A stretch of 61,832 nt of DNA, counting the filler, from Spirochaetales bacterium (GTDB lineage: Bacteria > Spirochaetota > Spirochaetia > Treponematales > UBA12059), in assembly GCA_016928955.1 (NCBI GenBank). It is 5 parts of 5 records of this genome, joined end to end, with 100 filler letters (N's around TTAATTAATTAA, not from the genome) between each part and the next. Parts side by side here need not be neighbours in the genome. Positions count along the whole stretch, not along the records: positions 38,729 to 56,887 come from JAFGJV010000015.1; positions 56,988 to 61,832 come from JAFGJV010000021.1; 3 more parts are not named here. One strand, given 5' to 3'. Below are positions 56,247-61,832 of this stretch, in pieces. Under the pieces are notes generated by a model. The model had not been told where the DNA came from. It was given only the letters and a program-made list of their open reading frames with translations, and did no database searches. Each line of letters starts with the position of its first letter. The first letter of the stretch is position 1. The position numbers were made by a program, and so were the translations under genes.

Positions 56247-56824
56247 CCTGTTATCCTGTCTTGATTCTTACTGCCTAGGCCGTCTTGTGGAATGAGGACA
56301 GGATAAACAGGATGGTGCGGGATGGACAGGATAAAGGAGCGGGGGGATAGCTTTCCTTTCTTATTCTCCAATCCTGTTAATCCTTTCTTGTCCTGTACAT
56401 CCTGTCCTTATTCAACTGCCAAGCTCTAATAATGAATAAGGACAGGATAAACAGGATTGAGCAGGATAGACAGGATAATGCGGTGGGGAAAAGCCTTCCT
56501 TATATTACTATCCTGTTAATCCTCTTCCATCCTGTACATCCTGTCCTCATTGCTCCTGAAGACGAATCCAGACAGGATAAACAGGATTGAGCAGGATAGA
56601 CAGGATAATGCGGTGGGGAAAAGCCTTCCTTATATTGCTATCCTGTTAATCCTCTTTCATCCTGTACATCCTGTCTTGATTCTTACTGCCTGTGCCATCT
56701 TGTTGAATCAGGACAGGATAACAGGATGGTACAGGATAGACAGGATAAGGAAGTGGGGCAGGATTCTACCATTATTGTACTGTCCTGTTAATCCTCTTCC
56801 ATCCTGTACATCCTGTCTTGATTC
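56247..56824. repeat. CAGGAT hairpin array: a right arm plus four units
   Basis: Units at 56290-56413, 56434-56552, 56564-56682, 56705-56824. Confidence 0.9.
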
Positions 56825-56887
56825 TTACTGCCATGGGCCGGCCTTTGACGCCTGATTGCCAAGCTCCAAGGATGCTGGTAAAATGCC

Positions 56888-56987
56888 NNNNNNNNNNNNN
56901 NNNNNNNNNNNNNNNNNNNNNNNNNNNNNNNTTAATTAATTAANNNNNNNNNNNNNNNNNNNNNNNNNNNNNNNNNNNNNNNNNNNN
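56888..56987. other. Artificial contig linker
   Basis: N-run with TTAATTAATTAA. Confidence 0.98.
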
Positions 56988-57138
56988 AAGCGGGGCGTTG
57001 TGGCCGCAGGACGCGGCCAGCTGCCCGCCCCATGCGACGCATGGGTACGGCATGGACGCCGCCAACGCCCCGGTGCCGCAGGAGTATGAACTGTATTTCT
57101 AAGAAGCGGGGCGTTGTGGCCGCAGGACGCGGCCAGCT
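56988..57138. repeat. 35-bp direct repeat, 116-bp period
   Basis: AAGCGGGGCGTTGTGGCCGCAGGACGCGGCCAGCT at 56988 and 57104. Confidence 0.75.
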
Positions 57139-57228
57139 CTGATCGGATTGGATCCCGGAAGGGCTTTCAGGAAACGCTCTTGGAAGCCCTTCCTGATTTG
57201 ACACTGGACGCAGCCAAGGAGGATCGCG

Positions 57229-58857
57229 ATGGCATTCGAAACTTTGATGGGCGACGAGGCTATCGCGCTCGGAGCCGTGCACGCGGGTCTGGGCGGAGCC
57301 TTTGCCTACCCGGGCACGCCATCCACGGAAATCATGGAGACCCTGCAGGACCTGGCCGAGCGCCAGGCCGCGGGCAAGCTGGCCGGTGTGGCGTCTGCCT
57401 TCGCGGCCCAGTGGTGCGCCAACGAGAAAACGGCCTACGAGAGCGCCCTGGGCGCGTCGTTCGCGGGCAAGCGCGCCATGGTGTCCATGAAGCACGTGGG
57501 CCTCAACGTGGCGGCCGATCCCTTTGTCAACTCGGCCCTGGTCAAGGTGAACGGCGGCCTGGTCGTCGTGGTGGCAGACGACCCCGGCATGCACTCGTCG
57601 CAGGACGAGCAGGACAGCCGCTGGCTGGCCGACTTTGCGCGCGTGCCCTGCCTGGAGCCCGCGGACCAGCAGGAAGCATACGACATGACGCTTGAGGCCT
57701 TTGAGCTGTCCGAGCGCTTCGAGCTGCCCGTGATGATCCGCATAACGACGCGGTTGGCGCACAGCCGCTCGGTGGTGGAAACGCGGGCGGCCAAGGCCCA
57801 GGGCAGGATACACAAGCCCGAGTCCGGCATGGACTGGGTCCTGATGCCGGCCGTGGCGCGCAGGCGCTGGCACGAACTCCTGGGCAAAATGGCCGAGATC
57901 AAGAAGCTGTCCAACGCGTCGCCCCGCAACCCCCTGAAAGAAGGCGGCAAAAAGCTGGGCGTCATCACGGCGGGCCTGGCCAGGCAGTACTACCTGGAAA
58001 ACCTGGACGACCTTAGCGCCGCGCGCGGACAGGCGCCCGAGCACCTGCACGTGGGCTTCTATCCCATCCCTGAGGACAGGATACGCGAGCTGTACGCGGC
58101 CTGCGACCAGATCCTGGTGATAGAGGACGGCTACCCCCTGATCGAGCGCCTCCTGCGCGGCATCGTGGCGCCGGGCAAGCGCATCATGGGCAAGGAAAGC
58201 GGCGAGATTCCGTACGAGGGCGAACTCAACCCGGATACCGTTCGCGCCGCCCTGGGCCTGCCGGAGCGCAAGGGCCTGTCAGTAAAAGAGCTCGTGCCGC
58301 CTGGCCGCCCGCCCCAGCTCTGCCAGGGCTGCCCGCACGCCGACAGTTACGGCGCCCTGAAGGAAGCCCTGAAGGACTATCCCCTGCACGCGGTGACCAG
58401 CGACATAGGCTGCTACACGCTCGGCGCCCTGCCGCCGTACAACGCCATAGAGACCACCGTGGACATGGGCGCCAGCATAGGCATGGCGCGGGGCGCGGCC
58501 ACCGTGGGCCTTGAGCCCGTGGTAGCGGTCATAGGCGACTCCACCTTCTACCACTCAGGACTGACCAATTTGATCGACGCGGTCAGCCACCAGACCAACA
58601 TGACCGTGGTGATCCTGGACAATTCCACCACCGGCATGACCGGCGCCCAGCCCACCATCCTGCCGTCCAGCCGCCTGGAAGGCGTCCTCAGGGGCGCCGG
58701 CGTGGACCCGGCCCACATACGCGTGCTTAGAGCCCACCGCAACGAGCACGCGGGAAACGTGGCCGTGTTCAAGGATGAGCTGGCCTACCAGGGCCCCTCG
58801 GTCATCGTGATGGTCCGCGAGTGCCTGGAAGCCCTGAAGAAAGCGAGGAAGGCGTGA
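57229..58857 (+). CDS. iorA: Indolepyruvate:ferredoxin oxidoreductase alpha subunit (no C-terminal ferredoxin domain)
   Basis: YPGTPSTEI, MKHVGLNVAADP, DDPGMHSSQ.EQD, LCQGCPH, DIGCY, GDSTF.HSG. Confidence 0.92.
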   Translation: MAFETLMGDEAIALGAVHAGLGGAFAYPGTPSTEIMETLQDLAERQAAGKLAGVASAFAAQWCANEKTAYESALGASFAGKRAMVSMKHVGLNVAADPFVNSALVKVNGGLVVVVADDPGMHSSQDEQDSRWLADFARVPCLEPADQQEAYDMTLEAFELSERFELPVMIRITTRLAHSRSVVETRAAKAQGRIHKPESGMDWVLMPAVARRRWHELLGKMAEIKKLSNASPRNPLKEGGKKLGVITAGLARQYYLENLDDLSAARGQAPEHLHVGFYPIPEDRIRELYAACDQILVIEDGYPLIERLLRGIVAPGKRIMGKESGEIPYEGELNPDTVRAALGLPERKGLSVKELVPPGRPPQLCQGCPHADSYGALKEALKDYPLHAVTSDIGCYTLGALPPYNAIETTVDMGASIGMARGAATVGLEPVVAVIGDSTFYHSGLTNLIDAVSHQTNMTVVILDNSTTGMTGAQPTILPSSRLEGVLRGAGVDPAHIRVLRAHRNEHAGNVAVFKDELAYQGPSVIVMVRECLEALKKARKA

Positions 58858-59429
58858 AATACGACATCGTGCTCTGCGGGGTGGGCGGCCAGGGCGGCAT
58901 ATCCGTGTCCGTGGTCATAGCCAAGGCGGCCATGGCCGAGGGCCTCCGCGTCAAGCAGTCCGAGGTGCACGGCATGAGCCAGCGCGGAGGCGAGGTGCTG
59001 GCCAACCTGCGCCTGTCCGACACCGAGCCGGCCAGCCCCATGATACCGCGCGGCGCCGCGTCGCTCATACTGTCCTTCGAGCCGCTCGAAGCCCTGCGCT
59101 ACCTGCCCTGGCTGGCCGCCGACACGGGCGTGGTGATCAGCGCGGTGACGCCCATCAAGAACATGCCGGCCTACCCGGACACGGACAGGGTGCTGGCGGA
59201 GCTCAAGGCCATGCCGCGCGCCGTGCTCCTGGACGCCGACGCCCTGGCCAAGGAAGCCGGAAACGTCAGGGCGGCCAACATCGTGCTGGTCGGCGCGGCG
59301 TCCAAGCTCCTGCCCCTCAAGCCCGACAGCCTCAGGCAGGCTATCAGGGACCAGTTTGCCCGCAAGGGTGAAGCCGTCGTGGAAGCAAACCTGAAGGCAT
59401 TCGAACATGGACGAAACGCGACTATCTGA
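58854..59429 (+). CDS. iorB: Indolepyruvate oxidoreductase beta subunit
   Basis: GVGGQG, SEVHGMSQRGG, FEPLEALRY; GTGA overlap. Confidence 0.92.
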   Translation: MKYDIVLCGVGGQGGISVSVVIAKAAMAEGLRVKQSEVHGMSQRGGEVLANLRLSDTEPASPMIPRGAASLILSFEPLEALRYLPWLAADTGVVISAVTPIKNMPAYPDTDRVLAELKAMPRAVLLDADALAKEAGNVRAANIVLVGAASKLLPLKPDSLRQAIRDQFARKGEAVVEANLKAFEHGRNATI

Positions 59430-61686
59430 GATACTGGCTCGCGCCAAGGCCGAGGGCCGGGACGCCCTGACCGAGGTCGAGGGCCTGGCACTCCTGGACG
59501 CCATGGGCGTGCCCCACGCGCGCCACCACCTGGTGGCAGGCTCGGCCGAGGCCGCCGCCCTTGCGCCCTTCCCCGGCGAGCGGGCCGTGGTCAAGGTCAT
59601 ATCCCCCGAGGTGCTCCACAAGACCGAGGCGGGCGGCGTGGCCATTGTGCGGAACGACCCGGCCGAGATACGCGCCGCTGTTGCCGACATGGAGGCGCGC
59701 TTCAAGGGCGTGCGCGTTGACGGCTACACGGTCAACGAGTTCGTCGGCTTTGAGCCCAGGCTCGGCCACGAGATCATCGTGGGCTACCGCTTTGCCCGGG
59801 ACTTTGGCCCCGTGGTGTCCTTTGGCCCCGGCGGCATATACACGGAATTCCTGGCCTCGCAGTTCAAGGCCGGGGCGGCCAACCTGTTCTGGAGCCCGGC
59901 CACCGCGGACCGCGCCCTGGTCGAGCGCTGCCTGGCAGGCAACGCGGTCCGCCAGCTTCTGTGCGGCGGCCTGCGCGGCACCAAGGCCGCCCTGGACGAG
60001 CGCCTCCTGGTGGACGCGGTTATGGCCTTTATAGAGGCGGCTCCAGCCCTGGCCCGCGCCGGCGTGTCCGAGTTCGAGATCAATCCCTTCGTGGTCAGCA
60101 AGGGCCCGGACGGCCACGGCCGCCTGGTCGCCCTTGACGCCCTGGTAAAACTGGAAGACCTGGCCACAGGCGACCTGGCCTTGTCGGCCAACGGCCTCCT
60201 GGTCAACGCCGCCGGCGAGCGCAGGCCCGTGTCCAAGCTCGGCAGGCTTCTCAAGCCGTCCAGCGCGGCTGTCATAGGCGTGTCGGACAAGTCCGTCAAC
60301 AACGGCCGCATCATCCTGCGCAACCTGCTGGCCAACGGCTTTGAGAGGGACAGGCTGTACGTGGTCAAGGAAGGCGCCAAGGAGGTGGACGGCTGCCGCT
60401 GCGTGTCGGACATAGCGTCGCTCCCCGAGAAGGTGGACCTCTTTGTGCTGGTCATACCCGCGGCCGCGGCTCCCGACTGCATAGCTGAGCTGGCCGAGCT
60501 GGACAAGGCGGAGAGCGTCATCGTCATACCCGGCGGCCTTGAGGAAAAATCCGGCACGGAGGCCATCGTCGCCCACATGAAGCAGGCCCTGGACGCGTCT
60601 AGGCGCACGCCGGGCGGCGGGCCCCTGTTGAACGGCGGCAACTGCCTGGGCGTGCGCTCGGTGCCCGGCCGCTACAACACCCTGTTCATACCCGAGTACA
60701 AACTGCCCATGCCCTCGGGGCAGATGGATCCCGTGGCGCTCGTATCGCAGTCAGGGGCCTTTGCCATCAGCCGCATATCCAAGAACCCCGGCGTCAACCC
60801 CAAGTACGTGATCACCTGCGGCAACCAGATGGACCTGACCGTGGGCGACTACCTGGACTACCTGGCGGACGACGGGGACATCCAGGTGTTCGCCGTGTAC
60901 GTGGAGGGCTTCAAGCCCCTGGACGGCGACAAGACGCTCCGCGCCTGCCGCAAGATCCGGGACAGCGGCAGGGACGTCATCTTCTACCGCGCCGGGCGCA
61001 CGGCGGCGGGGGCGGCGGCCAGCGCAAGCCACACGGCCAGCATAGCGGGCGACTACCCGGTAACGCGGGCCCTCCTTGCGCAGGTGGGCGTGGTGGTGGC
61101 GGAGAGCCTGGACGAGTTCGACGACCTGGTGTTGGCCTTCACCCTGCTCAGGGGACGGAAGGCCGGGGGCTGGAACCTGGGGGCCGTGTCCAACGCCGGC
61201 TTTGAGTGCGTGGCCATGGCCGACAACCTGGGCCGCCTCCGCATGGCCGAGCTGGGTCCGGCCGCCAAGGCCCGCCTGGAAACGATTTTTGCCGGGGCGC
61301 GCATCAGCGACATCGTGGACGTGCACAATCCCATAGACCTGACGCCGATGGGCGACGACGACGCGTACTACCAGAGCTTCCGTGCCCTCCTGAACGACGA
61401 CGGCATCGACGCGGGCCTGGTGGGCCTGGTGCCCTTTACCGCGCGCATGAACACCCTGCCAAAAGGCCACGGCCACGACGAGGACCTCAGCCGTCCGGAT
61501 TCCCTGGCCCAGCGCTTTGGCCAGCTGGCGGCCGAGGGCGGCAAACCCTGGGTGGCAGTGGTGGACGCCGGCGAGCTTTTTGATCCCTACGCAAAGGAGC
61601 TGGCCAGGCGCGGCGTGCCCACCTTCCGAACCGCGGACCGGGCCCTGCGCATCCTGAACGCATGGCTCAGTTCGAGGGGCGCCTAG
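59407..61686 (+). CDS. ADP-forming acyl-CoA synthetase, fused, ATP-grasp domain N-terminal
   Basis: HKTEAGGV, EINP, AVIGVS, GGNCLG, SQSGA, ASHTAS, SNAG, NPIDLT. Confidence 0.88.
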   Translation: MDETRLSEILARAKAEGRDALTEVEGLALLDAMGVPHARHHLVAGSAEAAALAPFPGERAVVKVISPEVLHKTEAGGVAIVRNDPAEIRAAVADMEARFKGVRVDGYTVNEFVGFEPRLGHEIIVGYRFARDFGPVVSFGPGGIYTEFLASQFKAGAANLFWSPATADRALVERCLAGNAVRQLLCGGLRGTKAALDERLLVDAVMAFIEAAPALARAGVSEFEINPFVVSKGPDGHGRLVALDALVKLEDLATGDLALSANGLLVNAAGERRPVSKLGRLLKPSSAAVIGVSDKSVNNGRIILRNLLANGFERDRLYVVKEGAKEVDGCRCVSDIASLPEKVDLFVLVIPAAAAPDCIAELAELDKAESVIVIPGGLEEKSGTEAIVAHMKQALDASRRTPGGGPLLNGGNCLGVRSVPGRYNTLFIPEYKLPMPSGQMDPVALVSQSGAFAISRISKNPGVNPKYVITCGNQMDLTVGDYLDYLADDGDIQVFAVYVEGFKPLDGDKTLRACRKIRDSGRDVIFYRAGRTAAGAAASASHTASIAGDYPVTRALLAQVGVVVAESLDEFDDLVLAFTLLRGRKAGGWNLGAVSNAGFECVAMADNLGRLRMAELGPAAKARLETIFAGARISDIVDVHNPIDLTPMGDDDAYYQSFRALLNDDGIDAGLVGLVPFTARMNTLPKGHGHDEDLSRPDSLAQRFGQLAAEGGKPWVAVVDAGELFDPYAKELARRGVPTFRTADRALRILNAWLSSRGA

Positions 61687-61775
61687 AAAGCGTCCGTATC
61701 AAGCGAGCGCTGGCAAACGCTCCAGAGCATCGGCCCCCGGCATGGACGGGGCCACTGAAAAAGCCGACTTAAGGG

Positions 61776-61811
61776 AGGCAGGGGGGCCAACGAGGCACCC
61801 CTGCCTTTTTT
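61776..61811 (+). terminator. Probable terminator
   Basis: AGGCAGGG...CCCTGCCT then T run. Confidence 0.5.
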
Positions 61812-61832
61812 AGTGTAGAATTCTCTTGGTCC

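Noticed and set aside
56247..56824. CRISPR array
   Set aside because: Units are ~120-bp imperfect palindromes with short, related linkers rather than short identical repeats with unique spacers; no cas genes in the window.
56550..56855. 101-aa ORF in the repeat array
   Set aside because: It is a translation of the repeats, with a TTG start and no clear RBS.

Overview
GC-rich DNA, most likely from an anaerobic spirochaete (inferred from many lipobox proteins, a TIGR03545-like gene and Treponema-type short palindromes). It consists of five contigs joined by four artificial 100-nt N/TTAATTAATTAA linkers (8841-8940, 32516-32615, 38629-38728, 56888-56987), so adjacency across these gaps is unproven. 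Ordinary content: MFS transporter, ars cluster, MarR-ABC-fluC operon, Ktr K+ uptake, queuosine precursor transporter, SPT-like PLP enzyme, radC, rubrerythrin-desulfoferrodoxin-rubredoxin, radA, malQ, clostripain-like lipoprotein, PAS hybrid kinase, tRNA-fMet, DAK2-DegV fusion with plsY, hicBA, and iorAB with an ADP-forming acyl-CoA synthetase. Most notable: (1) a two-gene operon (17955-22552) in which every enzymatic domain has lost catalytic residues while both ORFs stay intact, a 5'-nucleotidase-like lipoprotein plus a membrane kinase-receiver-cyclase; (2) a 9-gene TolC/MFP/double-RND operon containing two Ig-like and three other lipoprotein genes (40832-55296); (3) an array of ~120-bp CAGGAT hairpins with a hicBA module inside one unit; (4) six repeats at 22-23 bp spacing upstream of a start codon hit by IS256; (5) tRNA-derived tandem repeats; (6) a lone tyrosine recombinase beside an attC-like hairpin. 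Family calls come from motif recognition by eye; no database search was run.
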